A DNA stretch of 63,730 nt, counting the filler, from Sandaracinaceae bacterium (lineage in GTDB: Bacteria > Myxococcota_A > Polyangia > Polyangiales > JADJQN01): the NCBI GenBank assembly GCA_947483975.1. It is 3 parts of 3 records of this genome, joined end to end, with 100 filler letters (N's around TTAATTAATTAA, not from the genome) between each part and the next. Parts side by side here need not be neighbours in the genome. Positions count along the whole stretch, not along the records: positions 22,182 to 44,074 come from CANKOL010000044.1; 2 more parts are not named here. One strand, 5' to 3'. Position 1 is the stretch's first letter. The number at the start of each line of letters is the position of its first letter. Shown one piece after another: positions 26,799 to 36,710 of the stretch. Position numbers and translations under genes: made by a program. Under the pieces are notes generated by a model. The model had not been told where the DNA came from. It did not search any database and saw only the letters and a program-made list of their open reading frames with translations.

Positions 26799-29741
26799 AT
26801 GGCCGAGACGAAGGATTCCCGAGCGAAGAAGAAGGCCGCGACCGAGCCGGCGCGGAGCCCAGGGAGCGGGGTGCGCGTGCACCGACTCCGGGGCGGCGCG
26901 CTCTTCGTGCTCGGCACGCTCGCAGCGTTCCTGATGATGGCGAACGGCGGACAGCTCTGGCGCGGGCCGCTCTGGGGGCTGCTCTCGATGCTCGTCGCCG
27001 CCGTGGGGCTGGTCGATCTGCTCGGGCTGCTCGTGCCGACCGACCGCGCGACCGACTCCGTGCCGCTCGGCGCGACGCAGCTTGGGCGCGCCGAGGGCGA
27101 GCCGATGTGGATGTCGCCGAAGGTGACGATCCCGCTCGCGGTGCTGCTCGTCGTCGTGCTCGGCCCGCTGCTCGGCTACAAGCACCTGCCGTGGGTGCTC
27201 GTCGCGGCGCTCGCCGCGCTCGTGCCGTCGGCCCTGCGCCGCCCGTCGTGGCTGGTCTTCGTCATCGGCTCGGCGATCATGCTGCCGGCGCTCGGCGTCT
27301 ACGGCCTCTGGGACCCGTGGGAGACGCACTACGGCGAGGTCGGCCGCGAGATCCTCTCGCGTGACGACTGGATCAGCCTGTGGTGGGCGCAGGAAGACTG
27401 GTTCTGGTCGAAGCCGATCCTGATCTTCTGGGCGAACGCGCTCAGCATGGGCGTCTTCGGGCACGACTACCGCCCCGACGCCTTCAACGCGCACCCCGAG
27501 TGGGCGCTGCGTATGCCGGTGTACATCGTCTGCACGATCGCGCTCCTGGCCGTCTACGCCGCCGTCGCGCGCATCTACGGCAAGCGCGCGGGCGTCGTCT
27601 CTGCGCTCGTGCTGGCGACGATGCCGCACTTCTTCCTGCTGTCGCACCAGGCGATCACGGACCCGTACTTCGTCGGGCTGATGACGACCGCGATGGCGTT
27701 CTTCATCCTCGCGCTCGCGGAAGACCCTGCGCGCGAGGTGCTGCGCTACCGCCTCGGGCCAGTCGCCGTGTCCGTGCAGGGGCTCCTGCTCGGGCTGGTC
27801 GCGCTGATCGGCGTGCCGCAGGTCCTCTACCTCGCCTCGCGCAACGTCACGATGGTCACGCCGGGCAAGTTCGCCTGGCACCACGACGTCTTCGTCTTCG
27901 GCTCCGCGGGCAACGGCAACGTGCCCGGCAACAAGCCGCTGCACGACGAGACGCCGGTCTTCGATCACCTCCTCGCGCAGCCGATGGCGCAGGCGCTCTA
28001 CTGGGCGATCGGCCTCGCCGCGCTCGTCTGGCTCATCCGCCGTGAGAAGAAGGCGCGCGGCCTCGCGATGTTCGCGTTCTACGTGTTCTGCGCGCTCGCC
28101 TTCATGGCGAAGGGCATCCCCGGCTTTGCGCTGCCGGGGCTGGTCGCGCTCTTCTGGCTGCTCGCGACGCGGCGCTGGTCGCTGCTGCTCGACGGGCACC
28201 TCAAGGTCGCCTCCGGGATGCTGACGGTCGCCGTCCTCAGCCTGCCCTGGTTCGTCGCGATGTACCTGCGGCACGGGCCAGCGTTCACCGACCGCCTGCT
28301 CGTGCACGATCACCTCAACCGGCTCGCCTCTGGCGTGCACGGCGACAACGGCACGATCGCGTACTTCATCGAGCAGCTAGGCGTCGCGATGTTCCCGTGG
28401 GTCGCGCTCGCGCCCGCCGCGCTGACGAGCTTCCTGCACCTCGGCGTGCAAGCCGTGAAGCGCGTCGCGAGCAGCGTGGCGACCGACGCGACCGACGCGA
28501 CGGCCGCGACGAGCGCGGTGCCGTCCGCGGACGCGCTCCCGCTGGCGGCGAGCGACGACGCGACCGCGACGCCGGAGACCGCGGTGCTGGCGTCCGCAGC
28601 ACCGAGCGGCGCTGCGCTGAGCGGCCCTGCGCCGAGCGACGACGCCGGGCAAGCCCTGCGCGGGGAGGTCACGACGCTCGTCGCGCTCTGGTTCATCACC
28701 GGCTTCGTGCTCTTCAGCGCGATGGTGACGAAGTTCCACCACTACATCTTCCCCGTGGTGCCGCCGGCCGCGATCCTGATCGGGCTCGTCGTCAACCAGA
28801 TGCTCGGGAACACGGCGGAGCGCCTCGCGCTGCGCGAGCGTGTCCTCGGCACCGTCGCCGCTGGCCTCGCGCCGGTCGCGCTCGTGCTCGGCGTCGCTGG
28901 GCTCTTCGGCGACGTGCGCGGCGCGATGGACTTCGACGCCGTCCCGGTCGCCGCGCGGCAGACCTGGGTCCTCGCGCACCCTTGGCCGCTCAGCGTCTGC
29001 ATCCCGCTGATCGCGCTCGGCGTCGGGCTCTTCGTCGCCGCGTATTGGCTGCTCGTGCACCGCGCCGCGAAGGCGACCGACCGCACCTCCGGCCTGCCGA
29101 CCGGCTGGAAGTTCTACGGCACGACGACCGCCCTCGCGGCCGCGCCGATCCTCTGCGCGTTCGTCGCGCGCGACCTCGGCTGGGTCACGCCGACGCGCCC
29201 CGGCGGCTACGAGCGGCTGATCGATCTCTTCGTCTACAACTACTCGCGCGAGTGGCCGAACGTCTTCGACTACCGCCCGATCCTGACCGGCTTCGGCCTC
29301 GTCGCGACGCTGCTCTTCGCGGTCGCCGTCGTCCGCGCGCTGCGCCCCGTCGCCGCCCGCGCCGTGCTCGGGCTCGCCATCCTCTTCGCCGTGTGGGGGC
29401 TCGACATCTACCTCGTCGATCTCTCGCCGCACTGGGCGCAGAACTACGTCATCGGGCAGTACTACGCGCGCCGTCACTCCGCGGCGGACCCGCTCGTCGC
29501 CTGGCAGATGAACTGGAAGGGCGAGAATTTCTACACGGGCAACCACGTCAACGTGTTCGTCGATCTCGACAACACGAAGCTGCGCACGTGGATGACGGAG
29601 AACGCGGGCAAGCACGCGTACGTCATGCTCGAGCACAGCCGCCTGCCCGGCTTCCGCTCCTTCGCCGCCCCGCGCGCCGTCCACGAGGTCACGGGACCGA
29701 GGGACAACAACAAGTTCCTGATGGTCGAGCTCGACCTCTGA
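26799..29741 (+). CDS. ArnT/PMT-like GT-C membrane glycosyltransferase
   Basis: WDPWETHYGEVGREI, SKPILIFW, ITDP, MAKG, TKFHHYIFPVVPP; many TM helices. Confidence 0.9.
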   Translation: MAETKDSRAKKKAATEPARSPGSGVRVHRLRGGALFVLGTLAAFLMMANGGQLWRGPLWGLLSMLVAAVGLVDLLGLLVPTDRATDSVPLGATQLGRAEGEPMWMSPKVTIPLAVLLVVVLGPLLGYKHLPWVLVAALAALVPSALRRPSWLVFVIGSAIMLPALGVYGLWDPWETHYGEVGREILSRDDWISLWWAQEDWFWSKPILIFWANALSMGVFGHDYRPDAFNAHPEWALRMPVYIVCTIALLAVYAAVARIYGKRAGVVSALVLATMPHFFLLSHQAITDPYFVGLMTTAMAFFILALAEDPAREVLRYRLGPVAVSVQGLLLGLVALIGVPQVLYLASRNVTMVTPGKFAWHHDVFVFGSAGNGNVPGNKPLHDETPVFDHLLAQPMAQALYWAIGLAALVWLIRREKKARGLAMFAFYVFCALAFMAKGIPGFALPGLVALFWLLATRRWSLLLDGHLKVASGMLTVAVLSLPWFVAMYLRHGPAFTDRLLVHDHLNRLASGVHGDNGTIAYFIEQLGVAMFPWVALAPAALTSFLHLGVQAVKRVASSVATDATDATAATSAVPSADALPLAASDDATATPETAVLASAAPSGAALSGPAPSDDAGQALRGEVTTLVALWFITGFVLFSAMVTKFHHYIFPVVPPAAILIGLVVNQMLGNTAERLALRERVLGTVAAGLAPVALVLGVAGLFGDVRGAMDFDAVPVAARQTWVLAHPWPLSVCIPLIALGVGLFVAAYWLLVHRAAKATDRTSGLPTGWKFYGTTTALAAAPILCAFVARDLGWVTPTRPGGYERLIDLFVYNYSREWPNVFDYRPILTGFGLVATLLFAVAVVRALRPVAARAVLGLAILFAVWGLDIYLVDLSPHWAQNYVIGQYYARRHSAADPLVAWQMNWKGENFYTGNHVNVFVDLDNTKLRTWMTENAGKHAYVMLEHSRLPGFRSFAAPRAVHEVTGPRDNNKFLMVELDL

Positions 29742-29815
29742 GCGCGCCCGCACCGAACGCCTGACGACCCCACGACACCCGGCTCACCAGACGGCGAGCG
29801 CGGGTGTCGTCGTGT

Positions 29816-30874
29816 TCAGGTGCAGCCCTCGAGCGCGCGCAGCCGCGCGATCTCGTCGAGCAGCGTCGGGTCCATCACCAGCGCCTTGATCGCGTCGTCC
29901 TCGATGCCGAGAGAGGGATCGTCCGCCGTCAGCCCGAGGTAGAGCCAGGCGCGCCCCCAGAGCGTCAGGATCGCGTGGCGCCACACGGCGTCGTTCGCGA
30001 TGCGCGTGTAGGCGCTCGGATAGTCCAGCCGGGCCATGTGCAGATAGCGCGTCGTGTACCAGAGGAACGTCAGGATCCCGTCGCGCGCGCTCGTCGAGTA
30101 GCCCGACGGGCGGCGGTCGGCGAAGGCGTAGTCGGTCGCGAGCGAATTGACGTACTGCACGACCTCGTCGAACAGCATGTTGAAGCCCTGATCGCCGCCC
30201 TCGAAGGTCGAGTTCGTCGGGTCGCCGTCGAGGTAGACGTCGGCGTAGGAGTCGCAGCCCGAGTACACGCCCGGCGCGCAAGGGGCGCGGCTCGGCTGGT
30301 ACGCGTCGCCGCGGATCAAGCTGCGCGGGAAGGTGTCGCCGCCGCGCGCCGTCGTGTCGCCGCTCGTCGCGCTCAGCGTGAGGTCGGCGTTGACCTCGTA
30401 GACGTTCGTCGCCCCCGACGACTCGTGCCCATCCCAGAGGTGCCCGCACTCGTGCGTGATCGTGGAGAGCGAGTTGTAGAGGTCCGCCGCGCTCCCGGGC
30501 GAGCCCGCGAAGATCACCGAGCAGTCACCGAAGCCGGGGTTCATGCGCCCGCCCTGCACGAGCGCGAGGCCGAACGGATAGCGGCGCGCGAGCACGGTGT
30601 CGACGAACGCCGGGATGTCGCCGGTGAACGCGACGTCGTCGATCGCCGCCGTCGGATCGGGCATCGCCTCGCGGTAGAGGCCATCAACGCAGGCGGGGTC
30701 GACGGGTCCGCTCGGGCCCGGTCCGGGCCCGCCGTCGGTGCGCGAACCGCCGTCGGTGGGCAGACCGCCGCCGTCAGCCGAGGGTGTCGGTCCCGGGCGG
30801 CGGTCGCTGCCGCAGCCGACGAGCGCGAGGAGGGCGAGCACTGCGGAGAGAACGCGAGCCGAGTGAAAGCGCAT
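29816..30874 (-). CDS. Lipoprotein with HExxH motif, putative zinc metallopeptidase
   Basis: LVGC lipobox, DGG linker repeats, ITHECGH and downstream FDEVVQY. Confidence 0.65.
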   Translation of the reverse strand: MRFHSARVLSAVLALLALVGCGSDRRPGPTPSADGGGLPTDGGSRTDGGPGPGPSGPVDPACVDGLYREAMPDPTAAIDDVAFTGDIPAFVDTVLARRYPFGLALVQGGRMNPGFGDCSVIFAGSPGSAADLYNSLSTITHECGHLWDGHESSGATNVYEVNADLTLSATSGDTTARGGDTFPRSLIRGDAYQPSRAPCAPGVYSGCDSYADVYLDGDPTNSTFEGGDQGFNMLFDEVVQYVNSLATDYAFADRRPSGYSTSARDGILTFLWYTTRYLHMARLDYPSAYTRIANDAVWRHAILTLWGRAWLYLGLTADDPSLGIEDDAIKALVMDPTLLDEIARLRALEGCT

Positions 30875-30948
30875 GGCCGAGCATACAAGCGGAGACCGCC
30901 GCTCGTCACGCGGGTGCAGTCGCGCGAAAACACGGGCAGAGTCCGTCC

Positions 30949-31506
30949 ATGCACATCGCGAAGTCCCTGCGCACCGCGTCGAGGCGCGAGCTGCGCGCGC
31001 GCATCCTCGAGGGCCATCCCGTGGATCCGAAGGCCATCGAGGGCTTCGCCTACCGAGGCACGAGCCTCGGGCTCCCGGAGGTGATCGAGCGACTCACCTG
31101 GAAGACCTTCCAGAAGACGTTCTATCGGGAGAAGGCGACGGGACGGCTCCTCGGCTGGAACGTGCGCCTGCACCAAGACGGGCTCGACGCGCCGAGCCGC
31201 CCGCTGGTCAAAGACGGAAACCCCGTCTGCGTCTGGCACTACGAGGTGATCGAGCCGCGCGGCGTGCCGATGCCGAAGGGCTTCGATCGCGGGCTGATCA
31301 TCGACTACTCGCGCGCAGAGAATCCGCTGCTCGATCCCACGCGCCTGATGAAGGACCCGCTCGTCGCGCTCACGCGCGGCAACTACGACGAATTGCTCGG
31401 CGTGAGCTACGCGGTCGTCGGCGGCGTGTGCATCGAGACGCCCGCGTACTTCACGCTCGAGCGCGAGCGGCCGATCGCCTACGTCCCGTACAGGAGCCTG
31501 AAGTGA
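30949..31506 (+). CDS. Hypothetical protein, first gene of the GMC operon
   Basis: Protein-like composition; stop overlaps the next GTG start. Confidence 0.7.
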   Translation: MHIAKSLRTASRRELRARILEGHPVDPKAIEGFAYRGTSLGLPEVIERLTWKTFQKTFYREKATGRLLGWNVRLHQDGLDAPSRPLVKDGNPVCVWHYEVIEPRGVPMPKGFDRGLIIDYSRAENPLLDPTRLMKDPLVALTRGNYDELLGVSYAVVGGVCIETPAYFTLERERPIAYVPYRSLK

Positions 31507-31937
31507 GCGTCGTCGAGACCGTCGCGCGGCTGCCGCTGCTCCCGCACGAGCGCGCGTGGCTCGAGCGGATCTTCGAGGCGATGCTGCCGGCCGAGACCGC
31601 CGGGCTCCCGACCTTCGACGCGAGCCGACACGCCGACCTCTGCCGCACGCTCGAGGAGGCGACCGGCGCGACGTTCTTGCCGGGGCTGCGGGTGATGCTG
31701 CACGCGCTCGCGGTGCTGCCGCTCGGCTACGCGGGCTATCGGCGCACGTTCTTCGCGCTCCCCGTCGACGGGCGGCGCGCGTTCCTCGCGGAGCTGGCGT
31801 GCGAGCCTGGCTATCTGCCGCGGCAGCTCGTCGCGGCGCTGAAGATCCTCGCGTGCTTCGCGTACTTCGAGAGCCCGTTCGTGCGCGCGAATTTCGACCT
31901 GCGCCCGGTCACGCGGGCGCCGATGGGGCGGCCATGA
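31503..31937 (+). CDS. Hypothetical protein resembling gluconate-2-dehydrogenase subunit 3-like GMC partners
   Basis: FFALPVDGRRAFL..LKILACFAYF pattern; coupled on both sides. Confidence 0.6.
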   Translation: MSVVETVARLPLLPHERAWLERIFEAMLPAETAGLPTFDASRHADLCRTLEEATGATFLPGLRVMLHALAVLPLGYAGYRRTFFALPVDGRRAFLAELACEPGYLPRQLVAALKILACFAYFESPFVRANFDLRPVTRAPMGRP

Positions 31938-33433
31938 GCGCGCTCGTTCACCTCGATGGGCGGGAGGTCCGCGCAACGCTGCGCATGAGCGCCGAGGTCG
32001 TCGTCGTCGGCAGCGGCCCCGCGGGCGCGGCCGTCGCGCGTCGCCTCGCGCGGGACGGAGTGCGCGTCGTCGTGCTCGAGGAGGGGCACCACGTCGAGCC
32101 GCAGGACTTCGAGAGCACCGGACTGCGCGCGATGGCCTCGCTCTATCGCGACATGGGCACGTCGATCGCCTTCGGGAACAGCCCGATGCCGTATCTGCAA
32201 GGTCGCGCGGTCGGCGGCACCTCGGTCGTCAACGGCGCGATCTGCTGGCAGTTCCCGAAGCCCGTGCACGACGCCTGGGCCCAGGCCGACCGCGCCCTCG
32301 GCGAGGCGCTCCCCTTCGAGGCGATCACGCGCGCCGAGACCGAGCTCGAGGCGCGCCTCGGCGTGCATCCCACCGAGGAGCACGTCGCCGGACAGAAGAA
32401 CCTCCTGATGGCGAGGGGTGCGGACGCGCTCGGCGTCGAGCACCGTCCGATCCGCAGAAACACCGCGGGCTGCCTCGGGAGCGGCCGCTGCCTCCAAGGC
32501 TGCCCGCACGGCGCGAAGCTCTCGATGGACCTGACGCTGCTCCCCGACGCCGTGCGCGACGGCGCTCAGCTCGTGTCGGGCGTGACCGTGACGCACGTGC
32601 TCTCAGACGCGCGCGGTGCCTACGGAGTGCGCGGCCGCTCCGCCGCCGGAGCGCAGGTCGAGGTGCGGGCGACTCGAGCCGTGGTGCTCGCCGCGAGTGC
32701 CATTCAGACTCCCGTGCTCCTGCGGCAGAGTGGCATTTCCCAGGGCCCAGTCGGAGACGGCCTGATGGCCCATCCGGGCGTGTCGGTGACGGGGCGCTTC
32801 GACACGGTCGTGCGCAACTTCGTGGGCGCGACGCAGGGACACGAGGTGACCGGCTTTCGGCCGGAGGGGCTCAAGCTCGAGGCGCTCGGCTTCGATCTCA
32901 GCATCCTGACGAGCCGACTCCCAGGCGTCGGCCTGGAGCTCGCGCGCAGGGTCGCGGAGCTCGATCAATATGCCGTCTACGGCGCCGCCATTCGGGCGGA
33001 GGGCACGGGCAAGGTGCGACCCGGCCCGCTCGGCCCGCTCGTGCGCTACGACCTCACGGAGGAGGACGTCCGCAAGGCGCGGCGCGGCGTGCGCAGGCTC
33101 GGCGAGGTGCTCCTCGCGGCCGGCGCGACCGAGGTCTACCCAGGGATTCCGGGCTTCGACTCGGTCGTGCGCGACCCGCGCCGAATGGCCGCGATCGACG
33201 ACGAGGGCTCGCTCGACCCGAAGGCCTACACGATGTCGATGACGCACCTCTTCGGCACCGCGCGCATGGGCAGCGACCGCGCGCACTGCGTCGTCGGACC
33301 GGACTTCCAACACCACCACGTCGACCGGCTCTACGTCGCTGACTCGAGCGTCTTTCCGTCGAACCTCGGGGTCAATCCGCAGCTCCCGATCATGGCCCTC
33401 GCGCACCTCTGCGCCGAGCGCATCCTCGCCTGA
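31934..33433 (+). CDS. GMC family oxidoreductase
   Basis: GSGPAG FAD motif, GRAVGGTSVVN, CLGSGRCLQGC, HLFGTARMG, DSSVFPSNLGVNP. Confidence 0.95.
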   Translation: MSALVHLDGREVRATLRMSAEVVVVGSGPAGAAVARRLARDGVRVVVLEEGHHVEPQDFESTGLRAMASLYRDMGTSIAFGNSPMPYLQGRAVGGTSVVNGAICWQFPKPVHDAWAQADRALGEALPFEAITRAETELEARLGVHPTEEHVAGQKNLLMARGADALGVEHRPIRRNTAGCLGSGRCLQGCPHGAKLSMDLTLLPDAVRDGAQLVSGVTVTHVLSDARGAYGVRGRSAAGAQVEVRATRAVVLAASAIQTPVLLRQSGISQGPVGDGLMAHPGVSVTGRFDTVVRNFVGATQGHEVTGFRPEGLKLEALGFDLSILTSRLPGVGLELARRVAELDQYAVYGAAIRAEGTGKVRPGPLGPLVRYDLTEEDVRKARRGVRRLGEVLLAAGATEVYPGIPGFDSVVRDPRRMAAIDDEGSLDPKAYTMSMTHLFGTARMGSDRAHCVVGPDFQHHHVDRLYVADSSVFPSNLGVNPQLPIMALAHLCAERILA

Positions 33434-33448
33434 GCCCCGCGGCCTCGC

Positions 33449-34162
33449 CTACGGGCTCGCGCTCCGCAGCACGAGCTCCACCCAGGTGCCGTCGGGCAAC
33501 AGCGGCTCGACCGCGCGCAAGAGCAGGCGCTGCCCGAACACGTGCACGGTGAGCGCGACGCCGACGACGAGCCACGACGCGAGCGCGCTCGTGCCGCACG
33601 CGACGCGGGCCGTCGCGCGCATCGAGAACAGCATCGCGAGGCGCGGCGCGAGCAGCCACGCCATGTACGCCGCGGGCGCGAGCTGCGGCGCCGAGAGCGA
33701 CACGAGCAGCGCCGTCACCGCGAGCACCGGCGAGAGCCACGCGCGATAGAGAAAGAGCCGCACGCCCGCGCGCCAGCGGTCGGGCGCGCCGTACGCGCGC
33801 GCCAACGTGATGAACGGCGCGGCGAGCAACAGCAGCTCACCGAACTCGATGCCGACGCCGAGCGAGCACGCGAGCGCGACGTCCCGCGCGATCAGCGCGC
33901 TCGACGCGTGTCCGAGCACCTGCACGACGAAGCCCGGCGCGACCGAGAGCGTGTGCGTGTACTCCACCGTCGCGAACACCGCGATGAACGGCAAGGTCGT
34001 CAGGAGCGCGAAGGCGAGCGCCGGGGGCAGCCCACCCTGCGCGAGCGCGGGCGCGGCGAGCGTTGGGCGAAATACGTCGAGGAGCGTGCCGAGGACGCGC
34101 GACGCGAGCCCGCGCGACGCGTCCTCCCAGGCTACGAGGGTGGGTACCTCGGGCTCGCTCAA
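33449..34162 (-). CDS. Hypothetical membrane protein
   Basis: Several hydrophobic helices; TTG start overlaps the E2 stop. Confidence 0.65.
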   Translation of the reverse strand: MSEPEVPTLVAWEDASRGLASRVLGTLLDVFRPTLAAPALAQGGLPPALAFALLTTLPFIAVFATVEYTHTLSVAPGFVVQVLGHASSALIARDVALACSLGVGIEFGELLLLAAPFITLARAYGAPDRWRAGVRLFLYRAWLSPVLAVTALLVSLSAPQLAPAAYMAWLLAPRLAMLFSMRATARVACGTSALASWLVVGVALTVHVFGQRLLLRAVEPLLPDGTWVELVLRSASP

Positions 34163-35634
34163 GCCATCTCGAGCAAGAGGCGATCGGGCTCTTCGAGGAA
34201 GCCGATCACGTCATACGCGAACGCCGCGCCGACGTGCCCGTCGACGATGCGGTGATCGAACGAGAGCGACAGCAGCATGATCTCACCGATCACGATCTGA
34301 CCATCGCGCACGACGGGGCGCTGCTTGATCTGATGCACGCCGAGAATCCCGACCTCGGGGAAGTTGAGCACGGGAGTCGCGAACAACCCCCCTTGCTTGC
34401 CGAGCGAGGTGATCGTGAAGGTCGAGCCCGAGAGCTCCGCAGAGGCGAGCGTGCCTGCGCGCGCGCCCGTGCCGAGGCGGTCGATCTCCCGCGAGATCTC
34501 GAGCAGCGAGAGCTTGTCGGCGTTCTTGACGACCGGGACCATCAGGCCCTGGTCGGTCGAGGCGGCGATACCGATGTTGTAGTAGTGCCGAGTGACGAGC
34601 TCGTTCGTCACCTCGTCGAGCGCGCTGTTGAGCACGGGGTGCCGCTTCAGCGCCGCGATCACGGCCTTCACGATGAAGGGCAGGAAGGTCAGCCTGGTGC
34701 CCACCGCGTCGGTGTGCGGGCGCAGGCGCGCGTGCATCTCCTTCAACCGCCCGACGTCGCACTCCTCGACGAAGGTGAAGTGCGCCGCCGTGTTCGTCGA
34801 CGTCTGCATACGCTCGGCGATCTTCCGACGAATGCCGACGAAGGGCTTACGCACTTCCTTCGCGGACTGCTCTGCGGTCGGCGCGACGATGCCCATCGGC
34901 GCACGCCCGGTGAGCCCCGGTACGCCCGCGCCGCCGACGCCGCGCACCGTCGCAGGCACTTGGCCGTAGGCGTGCGACTGCGCGCTGCTCGCGCCGCCCG
35001 CCGTGAACGCCGTGACGTCCTCGCGCGTGACGCGACCGTTGGCGCCGCTCGGCCGCACGTTCCGCAGGTCGACGCCCGCCTCGCGCGCGAGCTTGCGAGT
35101 CGCGGGCGTCGCGAGGGGCTTTTCGGCGAAATACGCCGGCTGCGCGCTCGCGACAGGCGCACTCGCGACAGGCACGCTCGGCGGCGCGGGGTGCACCGTC
35201 GCGCCGCTGGCGGCGGGCTTCTTCGAGAAGAAGCTCGAGCCCGGCAGCGACTCTCGGATGTCCCCGACGGCCGTCGCCGCGGGACCATCGGCCTTCGCGG
35301 GCGCGCTCGGCACGTTGGCGGCCACCGCCGTGTGCATCGCGGGCGCGGGCGGCGGCGCTGCGGCGGTCTGCGCCGTGGCAGCGTTCCCAGCGGCGGCCAT
35401 GTCGATCTGCACGAGGACCGCGCCGACCTTGACGACCTGCCCGACGGTGCCGCCGAGCATGACGATCGTGCCCGCCTTGGGCGCGCCGATCATCACGCTC
35501 GCCTTGTCCGTCATGACCTCGACCATCGGGTCGTCCTCTTTGACGACGTCGCCGGTCTTCACGTGCCAGGCGACGACCTCGCCCTCGGTCACACCCTCGC
35601 CGATGTCCGGCAGTCTGAAATCGAAGATCGCCAT
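34159..35634 (-). CDS. Dihydrolipoamide acyltransferase E2 of a 2-oxoacid (probably branched-chain) dehydrogenase
   Basis: LPDIGEG..MTDKA lipoyl domain, ATPATRKLARE E3-binding domain, FDHRIVDG. Confidence 0.96.
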   Translation of the reverse strand: MAIFDFRLPDIGEGVTEGEVVAWHVKTGDVVKEDDPMVEVMTDKASVMIGAPKAGTIVMLGGTVGQVVKVGAVLVQIDMAAAGNAATAQTAAAPPPAPAMHTAVAANVPSAPAKADGPAATAVGDIRESLPGSSFFSKKPAASGATVHPAPPSVPVASAPVASAQPAYFAEKPLATPATRKLAREAGVDLRNVRPSGANGRVTREDVTAFTAGGASSAQSHAYGQVPATVRGVGGAGVPGLTGRAPMGIVAPTAEQSAKEVRKPFVGIRRKIAERMQTSTNTAAHFTFVEECDVGRLKEMHARLRPHTDAVGTRLTFLPFIVKAVIAALKRHPVLNSALDEVTNELVTRHYYNIGIAASTDQGLMVPVVKNADKLSLLEISREIDRLGTGARAGTLASAELSGSTFTITSLGKQGGLFATPVLNFPEVGILGVHQIKQRPVVRDGQIVIGEIMLLSLSFDHRIVDGHVGAAFAYDVIGFLEEPDRLLLEMA

Positions 35635-35657
35635 ATTCTGCCTCGGAGCTAGCTACT

Positions 35658-36635
35658 TTAGAACTTCGCGGTCTCGATGAGCGCCGGCGTGATCCGATGC
35701 TGCAGAGGCAGGTAGTCTGTCTCGAGGGTGTACGGGAACGGCGTGTCCCAACCCGTGACGCGCACCGGCGGCGCCTCGAGGTGCAGGAAGGCTTTCTCCC
35801 CGATCAGCGTGAGGATCTCCGCGCCGAAGCCGCAGGTCTTGGGCGCCTCGTGCACGACGACGATGCGCCCGGTCTTCTTGACGCTCTCGACGATGGTGTC
35901 GAGGTCGATCGGCCAGAGCGTGCGCAGGTCGATGACCTCGGTCTCGATGCCATGGCTCGCCGCGACCTCCTCGGCCGACGCGAGCACCTCGTAGAGCATC
36001 GCGCCCCAGGCGACGACGGTGACGTGCTTGCCCTCGCGCACGACCTTCGCCTCGGAGAGCGGCACGGTGTAGTCGCCCTCGGGCACCTCGCCCTTGGCCG
36101 CGCGATACACGCGCTTGGGCTCGAAGAAGAGGACTGGGTCTTCGTCTCGAATCGCCGAGAGCAGGAGTCCCTTCGCGTCGTAGGGATTCGACGGACACAC
36201 CACCTTGAGACCGGGAGTGTGGATGAAGAGCGCCTCGGGCGACTGAGAGTGGTAGTGCCCGCCACGGATGCCGCCGCCAACCGGCGTGCGAATGACCATC
36301 GGACAGGTGTATTCGCCGCCCGAGCGATAGCGGTACTTCGCCGCCTCGCTGACGATCTGATCGAACGCGGGGAAGATGAAGTCCGAGAACTGAATCTCGG
36401 GCACCGGTCGCAAACCATAGAGCGCCATGCCGATCGCCGCGCCGATGATCCCGCCCTCCGCGAGCGGAGTGTCGATGACGCGATCCTCTCCGAACTCGTC
36501 GTAGAGGCCCTGCGTCACGCGGAAGACGCCGCCCACTTTGCCGACATCCTCACCCAGCACCAGCACGCGGTCATCGCGGCGCATCTCGAGGCGCAGCGCG
36601 TCGTTGATCGCCTGCACCATGTTCATCTCGGTCAT
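35658..36635 (-). CDS. 2-oxoacid dehydrogenase E1 beta subunit
   Basis: GEDVGKVGGVFR, DTPLAE, EIQFSDF, GHYHSQSPE, FFEPK. Confidence 0.97.
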   Translation of the reverse strand: MTEMNMVQAINDALRLEMRRDDRVLVLGEDVGKVGGVFRVTQGLYDEFGEDRVIDTPLAEGGIIGAAIGMALYGLRPVPEIQFSDFIFPAFDQIVSEAAKYRYRSGGEYTCPMVIRTPVGGGIRGGHYHSQSPEALFIHTPGLKVVCPSNPYDAKGLLLSAIRDEDPVLFFEPKRVYRAAKGEVPEGDYTVPLSEAKVVREGKHVTVVAWGAMLYEVLASAEEVAASHGIETEVIDLRTLWPIDLDTIVESVKKTGRIVVVHEAPKTCGFGAEILTLIGEKAFLHLEAPPVRVTGWDTPFPYTLETDYLPLQHRITPALIETAKF

Positions 36636-36710
36636 CGGCCCTCGTCTCGTCGGTCTGAGGCGGTTATTCGGAAGAGCGGTCGGTCAGCGGTCGGTCGAGC
36701 GACTCGGCGC

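Noticed and set aside
28460..28660. Ala/Thr/Asp-rich insert in the ArnT-like protein as an intein or mobile insert
   Set aside because: No intein terminal motifs or flanking repeats; looks like a disordered loop.
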